Shown here piece by piece: positions 27,750 through 41,756 of a stretch of 64,000 bases of DNA. The stretch's first letter is position 1. Each line of letters starts with the position of its first letter. The notes under the pieces were generated by a model. The model was not told the DNA's origin. It saw only the letters and a list, made by a program, of their open reading frames with translations, and made no database searches. Origin of the DNA: Octopus vulgaris (taxonomy: Eukaryota); assembly GCA_951406725.2 (NCBI GenBank), contig OX597820.1:83390001-83454000 (forward strand). Reading direction: 5' to 3'. The translations under genes were made by a program, and so were the position numbers.

Positions 27750-27914
27750 TATTAGCAAACCAGGCAAAATGTATAGCGGCGTTTCGTCCGTCTTTATGTC
27801 AAATTCTGGTCAACACTTCATCCTTTCTTGGTTGATAAAGTAAGTACTGTGGTCGGTGTGATCGACTTTCCCCATCCATCAAAATTTCGGGTCTTGTGCC
27901 TTTGGTTGAAAGAA

Positions 27915-27915
<1 letters not shown>
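27750..27915 (+). mobile_element. SINE family A, diverged
   Basis: ttagcaaaccaggcaaaatg..agcggcgtttcgtccgtc...ttcatcctttc..ggttgataaagtaagtac. Confidence 0.65.
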
Positions 27916-28185
<270 letters not shown>

Positions 28186-28788
28186 TGCATTATAAACTCA
28201 CACGCGCATCAAAGCCGGCGCTAGAAGGAAGAAGCGTTTCCTGAATACAACAGGTCCACTCGTTTACCAAGAATTCAAATAAAAATATTCCTCAAAATCA
28301 CCGTGTGCATATGCTTTGTTTATTCATAGTTGATCAAATTGTTCTATGAAACAGGGGTTAAATCCTACCAAAAGGTAACAGTTGAAATATTATTTTGCTC
28401 TTTGATTAATTTTATCCGATAAGGACTAGATATACATCTATTGATACAAAAATTGTAGAAGGAATCTGTTAGTCTTCTTAAGATGTCTAGAAGAAATTTC
28501 GAATAGTAGTGCACTGAAGCAGCAATACAAAAGTCTGGATTCGAGAAGACATTTAAAAACGTGAACGCGGACGTTGTAGCATATCTGTCGGGAAAATGAG
28601 CGGTGAACTAGAGGTAAATGCAGAGGGGAAAAGTTTTAGAAATCACCGTTACACAAAGTAGTCACATTCATCATTTGTCCTCCCTCCAGGAGTGTTGCGT
28701 CTTGTCATACATTTTGAAAGACATTTTTGCACGCAGACAAATAGCCAGGGGCTGATTACATCCGTTGGTAAAGTCTTTGAATATTTAT

Positions 28789-28950
28789 GGGAGCAGGCGT
28801 GGCTACGTGATACGAAGTTTGCTTCCCGACCACATGGTTCCAGGTTCAACCCAATTGCGTGACCTTGGGTAAATGTTTTCTACCATAAGTTCAGACCGAC
28901 AAAAGCCTTTTGAGTGAAATTTATAAACGGAAACTAAAAAGATCCCGTTG
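28789..28950 (+). mobile_element. SINE family B head; a tail remnant lies at about 29660-29700 beyond the nested insertions
   Basis: gcaggcgtggctacgtgatacgaagtttgcttccc..ggttccaggttcaaccc..gaccttgggtaaatg...ggaaact. The tail motif gcttgacaac is at about 29688. Confidence 0.75.
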
Positions 28951-28964
28951 CATATATATATATT

Positions 28965-29336
28965 GTGACGCATATTTGCCATTTGAATATGGCTAACCCC
29001 TAAGGGTTGATGCTACTGTAGTTTGTAGCCTCAGGAAGATATCTCCTCCAGCTGGCTATAGACACACTATCTGTGTCCTCTCAGTATTTGTGAAGGGAGC
29101 TGACTTCTCGTCGACAACCATGATTGTCACACGCTGATGATAGGTAAACACCTTGAAACTCGAGTCCGTGTGTATCATGAGTTGAAGACGGGGAGGATGA
29201 CTTCCCTTCACAAATACTGAGAGGACACAGATAGTGTGTCTATAGCCAGCTGGAGGAGATATCTTCCTGGGGCTACAAACTACAGTAACATCCACCCTTA
29301 GGGGTTAGCCATATTCAAATGGCAAATATGCGTCAC
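28965..29336. repeat. 134-bp inverted repeat (131/134 identical) enclosing a 104-nt structured spacer
   Basis: 28965-29098 was compared by eye with the reverse complement of 29203-29336 and shows 3 differences. Confidence 0.97.
29128..29172 (+). ncRNA. Type I minimal hammerhead ribozyme with intact core; predicted cleavage after C29166 (GUC)
   Basis: cacacg-CTGATGA-t-aggt-aaac-acct-t-GAAA-c-tcga-g-TC-cgtgtg. Stem I is a perfect 6 bp and extends via catgat/atcatg. Stem II is 4 bp. Stem III is 2 bp with a palindromic UCGA loop. Confidence 0.88.
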
Positions 29337-29536
29337 GATGTGTTACCGCTACTGTTTATAACTCGCTATGAGATTTATCATTATATATATATATATATAT
29401 ATATAAGATCAATCAGCCGAAATTATACGGATGACCCGGTACTTGACTGAGGATAAGAAGCTTCGAATGACCTGTCCTTGTTCTTTTGTATCGTCGATCT
29501 GGATTATTTGTTGTCCCTTTTCGTATTACACACACA

Positions 29537-29618
<82 letters not shown>

Positions 29619-32453
29619 CATCCGTGTGTATGCGTGTGTGTTTGTCTGTAAGTGTGTGGTGTTTGTTTGCATTTGTTCTCTACTTTTGCTTGACAACAAT
29701 TTTCAAATTTTAATTTCATATTTCAAGGCGCATGAAAATATAATTGTGTGGGCTTCTGATATAAAAGAACTTTCTCATCTGCGAGAATCGGCTAAATAAA
29801 AGTGCCTATCATTTTATCTTCAACAAATATTGTTTAAAAAGGAACTGTTTCATGAATAACGAAATTTCTACTCGAAGTTATTTCATCGCAAATCAAATGC
29901 AGGATTGAAACGTCTATAAATGTCAAGTGAACTCTTACAAGGATTGTTACTCCTATTGCTTGCCATGCATTTCCTGATTAGTTTAATTATAATTCGCCAG
30001 CCACTATCTAGCATGTTTTCTCTCTATAATTCTACTTCGATTTTTAAAAAATGTAGTTCTTTTATATCGTGACCCAACATATTTGTTTTCAAAAGATTTT
30101 AAATGTGAAAGCAGAATTTGGAAATTGTAAAATGCTATTAATTTAATGGAAGTAGCAATCTCAAAGATCTGTCATACAACCTAAATGTATCACAGTGTAA
30201 TCCAAAATTCTACTGCAGACTGCTGGACGAATGTTGTATGGAAACACCCACGGAAGCTCTGATTGAAAATATATGCCTTTTTTTTTGGCATAGAAGTACC
30301 ATGGATCTGAGTCAATAACCAATTAAGCCAGAACAACACTAAAAAAACGTCAGTTATTAGTTTACATATCAAAGATTAAGGCACAGATGTAAATATTTAA
30401 AATGTGAAAGCACCGTAGGTTGTATTGATTCACATGACTTAACCAACAACATGTACATACTGTGGAAACGATTTAACGTCAAATCTTTAGATAACAAGCC
30501 GTCAGTGAATATACTTGATATTAGAGCAGCTAAAATGAACAAACGGAAGGCAAAGAACAGTTCCATGTCATGACATATGGAAAATATATTTCTACAGTAC
30601 TCTACGTAGACATTTATGAAATTGGGAATTTTCATAATCCTTCATATTATTTTCTTAAACCCATACATAACCCTGCCAGATTTTCGAATTACGTCTGAAC
30701 AGTCAGATGTGTTACTTCTTAAATCTTAAATTCTAGAGAGACACAAAAGATAGAAACTGACGCAAATAAAGTGATCTGGGCGGAGCTGTAAAGAAGAAAA
30801 AATCACATTACTTTCATCAACGTGATATTTGTTTAAACATGAGCACAAATAATCGAAAGAAGTAACTTGGAAAAATTACCTATTACCCAAGTGGAAACCA
30901 TCGAATTTGTTCGGGTCGAAGAAAATCTATGCACAGACGTGCTTTACTTGACGTATTCTTCACTCTTTAGATTGTATAAAATATCTTCTACAATCATTCA
31001 TCAAATTTATTTGTATTTTGTTCTATCCAAGACGATTTTCTCTTCCCTCATCGCTATAATGTCTCATTTAATGAAGTATAAATTTCCACCAAAAGTTTCT
31101 CTTATAAATTTCCCTTCACATTTTAACACGAAATGATTTTTTTTTTTACCATTGCCTTTGGTATTACAGGCAAAGAAATTAAGTACACTGTTTGAGGTGG
31201 AGTAACACACCTCAACTTACTGACACCGTAACATTTATATAATGAAGACCTAAAAACTTGGAAACAGAAAATATGTGAGATACATTCAATGATCTAATGC
31301 TCTAACAGTTGTTCCGGATGAAATGAAAGGAAAATTATGGAAATACACAGAAATCAGAGCTTTCTCGGCGCCGAACTCTAAAGAAATGCTGGCACTTGAA
31401 CAGAAGTGGAAATAGATTAAGAAAAAAGTTACGTATGGGGATACGAAATTTGGACAACAGGGTAGAAACAGTGAATAACAGAGATAACACGAGTGAAATA
31501 TGTGAGGTCACGGCAATTTCAACACCAACACCAACACACACACACACACTCACGCATGCACATACACACACACTCACGCACACTTCAATAAATATATAGA
31601 GAGGTAGATAGATACTTAGTTGTGGTTACCCTCGTCATTTAATTGTATAGGATAGAATCGTCTAGCTAGAAGTCAAATTTATTTAGTTACTTTTTTAGAG
31701 AAGCAATTTTGAACTTGCGATAGGAAAGAACTTATCTTAGAATCTGATTTTTATTTTTCATACCACTTAAAGGGTCGTTAAATTGATATTCCGTCCTGAA
31801 GTATGAGATACTTGCATAGAATTATTCCCTTCTACTTGTAACGTGTAAGTAACTGGCAGTCGGGAACTTCTACAGAATACTATATTATTTCGCAATGCAA
31901 TACCAGATAGTGGAAGGGAAAAATACTCAGTAAAGAGATTTTTAGGTAAGTTACCTGAAAACAATGCATTGGCAATATTTTGATATTGCTCCTAAGTTGT
32001 ACACATACGCGTGTATATTTATATAGAGTCTTGTATTTATGTATACGCTGTTTATATATGAGGACTTATCTTTAATGACCTCTTCATACGTAAGCACAAA
32101 TTATAATTTATACAATCCGCTATGAAATAAGTTTAACCAAGTCGTACTGACTAAAATGTAATTATCTTTTAGTCAGTGCTAATCGGCTAAACTTGTTTGA
32201 TTGCAGATTGTACAAAGAATATATTTTCATATGTGTGGGTATTTCTTATAGTGACTGGGTTAAGTACGATTTGCCAGCAATTTCTTCTTTATTGGATGTT
32301 ATAAAAAAGTGATGCTAGGGAAATTGAAATATTGATTTCAGTTATTAAGAATATGTAATTATTTAACAAAGCAGAGATAGAGATGAAGAAAAAGTGAGAG
32401 CAAAAGGGGTAAGCGAGAGATGGGGAAGGTGAAAGACATACAATCAAAGGGGG

Positions 32454-32492
<39 letters not shown>

Positions 32493-33739
32493 AAATGGTA
32501 ATATGAATGAGCGATAGGTGTTGCAGGACAGGTAGATTGGGGATGGTAAGAGAGAAAAGAAATGAACGAAAACATTTAACTCGTCGGATATTCATTTTCG
32601 TGCGAGAGAGAAGAGAAGAGAACAGAAAAAAGATGAACTAGGAGAATTAGAAAAATAAAGAAAGTGAAGTAGGAAAAGAATCAAAAGAGGAACAAAAATG
32701 GCGGTCATCAGGATGGAAGAAATAAGAAAAGAAACAGAAGAAGAAGAGAAATATGAAGTACATGACAAAGAGAAAACCATTTATAATGGCTATGTATAAA
32801 GATATCAGAAGAAAGTGCGCGGACGATTATTAAATATTTGAATTATAAGACTCACAAATGGGATTAATCAGTCAAGCGTGGATAGATTTTTTTCAAAATG
32901 GAACTAAATTTTGTTGTGGGCGGTTTATAGCCTGAGACTGATTTGTCACAAGACTGAAGATGTAGTAGAAGCTGAGGCAGAAAATAAAAAAAAAGTGAAA
33001 TATTAAGGACATTAATTGTACGTGTGGGTCATTGGAAGTATATACAAAAGTATCAGATCACCATGCATTTACACGGATATTTATAAATATATAGTCGCAA
33101 TTAGACTGTCCAGTATTTTCATTGTTGAGCTAAGTCCGCTCAGTAGTCCTGGGGTGACACAGAACCCCATCTGAAAGTGAGCATTTTTGTAAGAATTTGT
33201 TCGCGTAAAACGCTTTCTTTAACCATCTTACTCTTTGATGATGCCATAAAGTAACATGTAAGGAGGGAGAAAAATGTTATGTTACCTAGCGTATTTCTCC
33301 TTCCAAACAGTGTCTGTCAAATCACTGGTGTAGTAAAGATTCCAGAATATATCAGCTTCTTGCAGGATTTAATATTATGAACAGAATGTTTTGTCAGTCA
33401 ATTAACCAAAATTTGAATATCATTACCTTATTTTACGTGCACTGTGGGGTTTCGTTTTCAAGTTTTCTTCCGAAGAGTAGGCTATAATTGCTGCCTATTT
33501 TACTGTGCATGTGACAAATTTTAGAGGGATGAAAATAAGGCAGTGTGCCGAGTAACATGTCTTTACTTCCCATGTATTGAAAACTGTTTTTATGATCAAG
33601 TATATGCCGTAGTCTGCGATTATGTCATAGACAGCAAGTTGGAAATAAGATCCTAAGTGAAATCTTGCATTAACTTTGGCAAGTCTGTTACAACGACATT
33701 GAACATATTTTGGCAAGGTGAGGGCGAGGAGGCAATGGA

Positions 33740-34677
33740 CCGTAAGCAATATTTTAGTTAAAAAACTCAGAAGAACGTCTCTGGAAGACGATGAGTGACC
33801 TGGAAAACTTGCCACAAACGTCAACCCCGGAAATGCGGAGGAAATTCATCAGCTTCTGGAAGAGGATTGTCGCAGAACAATCAAATACATTATTTATATT
33901 GTTGATCTTTCAAATGCGTCTGTGAATGCAGTCCTAACATCTGAATAGAACATACTGCGTGTCTCTGTCAGGTTTTCCCTCTGCCTACTGACCATTCAGG
34001 AGGAAAAACAACTCGTCGAAATCTGACAAGATCTACGTCAGCGCACCGCTGATGGTGTACGGCTATGACCTTCAGACAAACCAGCAGTTGTCACAATGGA
34101 AGCGCTCTTCGTCTCCACAACCAAAGAAGCCACGACAGAGCTGTAACATGGTCATCGACTTTTGGGAGATGTGCATTGGGAATTCGTCCTCCAGGCCAGA
34201 CCGTTAATCGAGAGTTCTACGGCGACGACTGGAAGCGTTCAAGGGAGGACATTCGGCAAAAGAAACTGGACCTCTGGGACGCGAACAATTGGATTCTTGA
34301 GGGCTGCAATGCACCGTGTCACCGAGCTTTACTCACTCGTGTGTCTCTCTAAAAAAACTACATGATATCGGTTCTGCACCCACTCTATTCACCAGATTCA
34401 ACACCTGCAGACTTCCATCTCCTCCCAAGGATGAAAAGCCAGCTCAAAGGTCATCATTTTAACAGCGTTGTCGAGATCAAGAGCGAATCGCAAAAGGACC
34501 TGGACTCGCTTACAGAAAAAGACTTCCAAACAGGATTCCAAACGTGATAGGAACGCTGGAACTGGTGTCTTGCAGTATATAGTGTTTATTTCGAAGGATA
34601 TGATGGGAGAACTTAGGTAAATAAGTTATTATATATCAAACACAACTAGTCCGGAAAATATTTGATACCACCTCTTA
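33740..34677 (+). mobile_element. Mariner-family (DD34D) transposon, pseudogenised
   Basis: EDDE*PG...EEDCRRTI, WVYGYD-like, EF/PPGQTVNREFY, NAPCH and HPLYSPDSTPADFHLLPRMKSQLKG motifs. 3' TIR-like end is ...ccggaaaatatttgataccacctctTA. Confidence 0.9.
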
Positions 34678-35774
34678 TGCAGGTTGACAAGTAGGTAGGT
34701 AGATAGATGCGCCGGTAGACAGGCAATAAGATAAGCAAACAGGCAAACGAGAGCGATACATATTTGGAAGATAGACTAGTAGACAGAAACTACGTCTGAA
34801 CGTATACAGATAACTAATATATATCTTCACTGTTGTAATATTATTACAACATCATATATCATGTAGAATTATATTTATGTTCGTCAATTGTATTAAAATG
34901 CCTTCATTTGATAAGTATGAAGACCATAAAATCAGAATTGGTCAAGTCTTAACAACTCTTCTCACAGTATAAGGTTACCTGAGATTTTGGTTGATATATC
35001 AGTGAATGGTGGATGAATACTAAAATTAAAAGTTGGAGTAGCAGAATATGATTAAATGCAATGCTATTTGGTAGACGAGAAATTAAAAATTTAATAACAT
35101 TAATTAGTCATTCTGTCTTATCTAATGCAAATATAATGAAATTAAATTAAAGCTAAATGAAATGGAAATCCGTATACTGCAACTGATATGGGATGCTATC
35201 AGTAATGTAATATATGGTATAGAAACGTCATCTGTTGTAAAGTGTCTGCAGAATAGTATATAGCTTTCAGAGAACAAATCTGTAGCTGAAGCAAGGCTCG
35301 AGATAAGGGCTGTGTGAGATATTTAGTTTATGAAAACTGTGAGGAAGCCAGTAGGTGGAGCAATATCCGATTTTATGCAGGATACATCATGCATCAATAC
35401 CCCACACTAGTATTTTTTGTCGTCAGAAATCGAGCCGGATTTTAGGACTGAGTAAATTTTCTACTCTTCCTGCCTACATACATCGCAGGCCGGAAAGTAA
35501 TCATAGATACTGACTACTCACCCACGACTAGCATTAAAAATGAATCAGAAATTCTTTATATACGTATTTGCACATTAACACAACTAACATTCAGTTTACT
35601 CTTGCTCACACGTCTTATTTCCCGTTGAAATAAACACATAATAAATAGTATATATATCAGGTCATTAACAATGTATGTTTATTTTACTTTATCTCAACAA
35701 AATGCAATACAGTTTATCAAAAAATGTACCTAAATTATCAACACAATTTTGTCATTTTATCGCTAGATTATTTA

Positions 35775-36008
35775 TTATTTCTTTACTGCCCAGAAGGGGC
35801 TACACATAGAGGGGAAAAACCAGGACAGACAAACGGATTAAGTCAATTACATCGACCCCAGTGCGTAACTGATACTTATTTAATCGACCCCGAAAGAATG
35901 AAAGGAAAAGTCTACCTCGGCGGAATCTGAACCCAGAACGCAGCGGCAGATGAAATACCGCTACGCGCTTCGCCCGGCGTGCTAATATTGCTGCCAGCTC
36001 GCCGCCTT
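35775..36008 (-). mobile_element. SINE family A, well-preserved copy
   Basis: Reverse complement: aaggcggcgagctggcagcaatattagcacgccgggcgaag...gttctgggttcagattccgccgaggtagacttttcctttcattctttcggggtcgattaaataagtatcag (tRNA-like boxes plus Meta-like domain). Confidence 0.9.
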
Positions 36009-36890
36009 TAGTATAGCTTATTTATGCCGGCAGCGAAGAATTCTGGAGAGCAAGAGTTAAAGAAATCACGAAAGGCTGATTTTTCATCTTTGGATTTGAA
36101 GTTTGTCCTTGCAGAATGCTGTCTAATTCTTAGAAAAAGTGATGCAAGGTCTAGGGAATTTGGTGGATGATAGACTGCCCCCGAGTTCAGTTCCTGTAAC
36201 TTGAGTAGCGTTCTTTGCGCAACATGTTGACGAGTTGTCTTGTAAGAGAATTGGCCTGTCTCTATTGACCAACCTCGGTTGTTTAATTGCAAGTTCACTC
36301 ATCATTTCATCCAATTGGTTTATGTATACATCTGCTGTAATTGACATACCATGAAGCTGCAGTGGATGACACCAGCGCTGGACCACCAGACAGATACTAT
36401 TTACTTGTTTTGGTGAATATTCGTTTTTGGATTGTGTTATAGCACTTCGTCTCTATCCAACCGCCGTGTAAAATGCATACTATTATTAAAAAATAACCCA
36501 TTTTTCATCACGCGTAACAATACGATGCAAAATTGGTTCGCTTTTATGCTGTGACAACAAAGAACAGCAAGTTTCAAGATGACGTGTCATTTAAAGCTCG
36601 TTCAGTTCGTGAGGTACCCACTTCTCCAGCTTCTTTTCTTTGCCGACTTGTTTCACATGTTCCTGTACAGTTGGAATTGAAACGTCAAACCTTACTACTA
36701 ATTCACGTGTAGTTTGAGACGTATCCACTTCCATTACAGTTTTCAGCTCATAATTATCTACCTTGGTCCCAAGTCTACCACGGGGCTGATTTTCAAGAGT
36801 AAGGAACTTCTCAAACCATCAACGTAGAGTGCGCTCATTTACCTCACCTTCACCAAACACCTCGTTGATATTTCGAGCTGTCTGGAATGA
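36009..36890 (-). mobile_element. Mariner-family transposon, pseudogenised, 3' end cut by a SINE
   Basis: Minus-strand KKLEKWVPHEL, IVTRDEKWVIF, SITADVYINQLDEM, DRPILLQDN and YHPPNSLDLA motifs. Confidence 0.9.
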
Positions 36891-37157
36891 ATTAGTTTTA
36901 CGACGGAACTCATATTCATAAACAACAATAATTTTTTTATCGATCCATCGGTTCACAAAAACTGATTTACATGAGAAAATGTACAATAAACAGACCGTAT
37001 GAACTGCATTTCGGAAAGTGGTGATGTAACACCTCGTTTTTGTAAAACAAAAAAAATTCAGAATTGAACATTATAGTTATCGACTCTCAAACTTGGTGCA
37101 TAAGATCGGACATTTCATCCTTAGCGACCTCACGTATGCATGTATGTGTGTCTGTGA

Positions 37158-37211
<54 letters not shown>

Positions 37212-37584
37212 TTTCTTTCTTACATTGGTCCAGTTGCAAATTCTCTGTTTCATTGTTCAGTCATCCTTCATATTTTCTCTTACCCTCTCACTTCTATTCT
37301 AGCCTTTCTATTTGTTTCTAATACTCTGCAAGGAAACATTTTATTGCAGAACCGCCAATTGGAAAGCACCCAGTCTTACCGTCAAGTGTGCGAATGTGAA
37401 TAGTATCAATTTGGTTGATAACTGATGAAGAATTACGGACCCTTTGTTGGTCTCCCGTTCGTTTTTACATTCAATACACGTTACGTCATTTGTTTATACA
37501 TTTTGTCAAATATAGGTTCTATATGCAGAATCCCGTGCACATTGAGATACACTTTCACACACACAGACGCACACACACACACAA

Positions 37585-37617
<33 letters not shown>

Positions 37618-37788
37618 AAACACTTAATTTAAATTTGATTCCTGGTAAACTCTTGTCTATTTTGTTATTTTTTATACCCTATGAGCATAGTACACATGCA
37701 TACTCATGCCCAGGTTTAACATGAGTAACGTATACCTATAGTAATAACGGATATTCATATCTCTTGGACAGTTATTCCAACCACTATG

Positions 37789-38102
37789 TGAAGGCGCGTG
37801 GCTTATTGGTTGGAGTATTCGGCTCACGATCCTAAGTTCGCGAGTTCAATTCCCGGCCACGCGTTGTGTCCTTGAGCAAGACACTTTATTTCCCCTTGCT
37901 CTAGTTCACTTAGCTGGCAATCACTTAGCTGAAATAGCACCTCTATTTAAAAGGGCCAGCCTTGTCACACTGTATCACGCTGAGTCTCCCTGAGAACTAT
38001 GCGCCTGTGCGATGCACAGCTACTTGCACGTTAATTTCACGAGCAAGCTGTCCTGTTGATCGTATCCCTGAGATCCTCGTCGTCGTAACCGACGGAGTAC
38101 CT
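37789..38102 (+). mobile_element. tRNA-derived CORE-like SINE family D
   Basis: A box tggcttattggt, B box gagttcaattcc, CORE-like gtgtccttgagcaagacactt, and a 3' end (cgtcgtcgtaaccgacgg hairpin) running into (TA)n. Confidence 0.8.
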
Positions 38103-38103
38103 T

Positions 38104-38188
<85 letters not shown>

Positions 38189-39534
38189 TGCTTTGTTAGT
38201 TGGTTAGCAAGTCAAGCAACAGTTTTATATGAAGAGATCTTCACAATTGCGCCACACTGATGTGTTGGTATTCGTCCCCATTTTGGAGATATATCAATAT
38301 ACTTATATTTGTGTGTGTATGTCTTGTGCGTATACATAAATAGAAGGTGGCAGTCGAAGACTGATTGACGATGGTGATTGGTAAAATACTTCCTCATGTC
38401 TCCTTAACTTATGGTTTATTTGTTACGTATTTAATGACGTTTTAATTACACTTCCTGGAACCACTGTGTCTATAGAAACCTCAGATTACTTTTGCGTCTA
38501 AGTTTGAATCATGAACTGATTCACGTTTATTCTGATTTTTCCATTGTATATTTCTATGACCTTCAAACTTTGTTAATTAGCTGTTTTAGATCAGGACTTC
38601 TGACGTCTTATATAAATGCGAATAGAGAGCTTGAAAGCTACACATTTAAAGGTAGATGTGTTTCACCAAGGTCGCTTAAATGTTCTTGTTATTAACCTGC
38701 GATGTTTAAGAATTTCCGCTCAAATGTTGCAAGAAAAATAACTAATTACCGGATGCAATATGGAGAAAGAAAGAAAGATTAAGATATAAGGAGAGAGAGG
38801 GGGTGATTTAGAGAAAAGAAAGAACATGATAAAGATTATGAAGGTTAAGTAATTTCGACAATATGATTCACTTTGTAAGAAATTATAATAGTATGTATTT
38901 ATTTAATTTTTATAATTAATTCGCAACTGAATATTAAACTAGTGTTATTTAATTATCTTACATGCGTGCATGTCATATTTTATCCCTTGTATTTATTGTG
39001 GTATAACTCCTGCTAATGCTACACAGCAACATATTTTTAAAATTATGTCAAAATGTACTTAACTTCGATTTGACTTAAAATCATAAATGCAACGCCAGAA
39101 TCGCTGCGAAGTGTAACTACATTACATTAATTGCAATCATATAAAGGAGTTTGCTTCACTTAAGGGTAATAAAAATTAAAATCTGAAACCTAAAATTACT
39201 AAATTTAATTCAAAGAACAGAAAGTTTTTGTAAAATGAAATAGACACTCAAATTACATTTAATGTAAATTAAAATAACATTTATGGAATCTATTATTTAC
39301 AATCTGTATCACTGAAAACGAAATGCCAAGTGTATACATGAAGTCCTTACTACCAATTTCTTTTGGATCCTTAACCCATCAAGTAGATTAGCACCATCAC
39401 TTGGTGCGAGATCTTGCTCTCTGTTGCAATAATTCAGATTACTTCTTCATCCAGTTAATAGTCACTTCTATTTTTCCATTCGTCTCTGAAGCTCTAAAAT
39501 GTCATATTTTCTGTCCTATATGTACTTCAACATC

Positions 39535-39633
39535 TCAACTTGTGGCCAATTTTCAGCATTCTCAATTGTGGCCAATTTTCAACATTCTGAATTGTGGCCA
39601 ATTTTCAACATTCTAAATTGTGGCCAATTTTCA
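39535..39633. repeat. 26-bp minisatellite, about 3.5 copies
   Basis: Unit gtggccaattttcaacattct(c/g/a)aatt starts at 39542, 39568, 39594 and 39620. Confidence 0.95.
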
Positions 39634-41643
39634 TTTTACGGAACTAAACTGGTGTATAACTGATTATTGACGTTTTTGTATTTACATAATTCCTAAGGCT
39701 TTCTGATTTTAAAACATTCCGGCATCGATCTTTTTAAAAGTATCGTCACCCAATATCCTTTGTCTTATATATCGCATGATTTAATTCAAAGTACGATACA
39801 CTTTCTGAATATATTTATGACATCGAACCAATGAATTAGCTCTATTGATGCATTCTCAAATTAATAATATTAAGTCTTTAGAAATTCGCTATTCAAATTG
39901 TTACCTTATAATAAAATTGCGGAATATGTTACGGTGAAAATTTGATTTTGTAATTTGTAAAAGTAAAAGTTTGATTCTGCAAATCAGATCAAATTCATTC
40001 AAGATTTGTACCAAACAAAAGAATTTTAGAAGAATAATTACTTGTCAATGCAATGTGAACACTTTGCGATTCTATTAGACGGTAAAGGAAATGAAGACGT
40101 TTCATTTGAAGCAGAAGAACAATATTAATTTGATAAAATAATTCCATTTATTTGAAAGTAAATTACATTTATGTAATAAAGTGGCTACGGTCTATTATTC
40201 GTGCTGTCGAAAATACTAATTGAAATGTAACTTTGAAACATTGGCATTTAATGATATAGATATTAAAACCTAATTCATATTGAAAAGAATTTCTCATGTA
40301 AATATACCTCAACGAATCATCTATTTATGTTAACTTTGACAGTTATCAAATGTTACAGACATTATCATGATATAAACAGATTCATGAATATACGTTGTTA
40401 CAGTATATATAATTATGACAGTTCTCATGTATCCGAAATAAACTGCAGGTACGGCAAGTATAGCGTTCGATTAGTTTTACTCTTCACAATACTGTGAAGA
40501 CAAATTGAAAGATTTTATGTAATGTGCTTTTCAAAAAATATATCGGTTTTAATATCGCCGACTAAAGCACCATGTTTATGTTCATAGTCTGTAATACTAA
40601 ATAATTACCACTATACCTACCGAGTTCCATTGCAAAATTTAAATTCTCAGCTCTCTTTAGCTACAAAATAATTTTCTATCAGCACAACATGATTGAAAAA
40701 ACCATGCTCTAGGCATCCCATTTAAAATTATATCAAAAGTGCTGTTCATTTATGGTGGTGACTTAGAGATCTAGTGTCCATAATTATGTCATTCTTCTAT
40801 ATCGTTGAGTGGAAGGCAAAAAGGTAACACACTCGACCTCTTACATAGTATAAGGGCTAGTAGGAGGACAGAGGATGTTTTTTGAGGTCAGAAACTTGAA
40901 TTAAGTTAACATGTAAAAAGAAAAAGAAACTGTCGGTGAATTAAACTGCTGATGCACTGGATGTATAACAAACAATAAAATAGTCCGTCAACTATTTCAC
41001 TTTCAAGGCATACCTCGATCAAAGGAATTTTTGAATGTATTTGATTTCTTTTATGGTCTGCATTCATGCATTAGTATCATCGCATCAATTAGTATATTTC
41101 ATCAATTATTTTTCTGTTACTTGTATGATTCCAGTGCACTGTCTAGTGCCGCCCTGGCACCTCACATTTCTGGAGTTTTTATTAGGGATTTGTAGTCCAA
41201 ATGCATTAAGAGTACCCAATATAATATTGATGCCACGTTAGGTGATGTATTCTTCTCATAGTGTATTTAAAAGCTAATTCTCGGGGTTTGTTTATGGGCT
41301 TTTGATTTCATTAAGTTTTCACATTTCCTTCTTATTTTTCCTTTTACAAATATATAAGGAAACATTACTCTCTTTTAGTGGTCTGTTTTCATCTGCTGGG
41401 ATATATACAATAACTAAGAGATGCATGATTTGTAATCCATACCATCCAAAAAGTATCATTGTGCCTCTAGTAGAAAGGATTCTTCTTCTTCTTCTTCTCC
41501 TTCTTCTTCTTCTTCTTCTTCTTTTTCTTCTTTTTCTTCTTCTTCTTCTTCTTCTTCTTCTTCTTCTTCTATTACTACTTCCTCCACCTCTCCTTCCTTC
41601 ACTTCTTTTTATAAGTATCTCTATATATATATACTTATATAAC

Positions 41644-41756
<113 letters not shown>

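Noticed and set aside
30212-30310. In-frame TADCWT ... FFGIEVPWI resembling the first catalytic motif of hAT transposases
   Set aside because: The spacing is longer than usual, there are in-frame stops, and no further hAT motifs or TIRs were found.
39535-39633. Regular short repeats as a possible CRISPR-like array
   Set aside because: There are no unique spacers; it is a simple tandem repeat in eukaryotic DNA.
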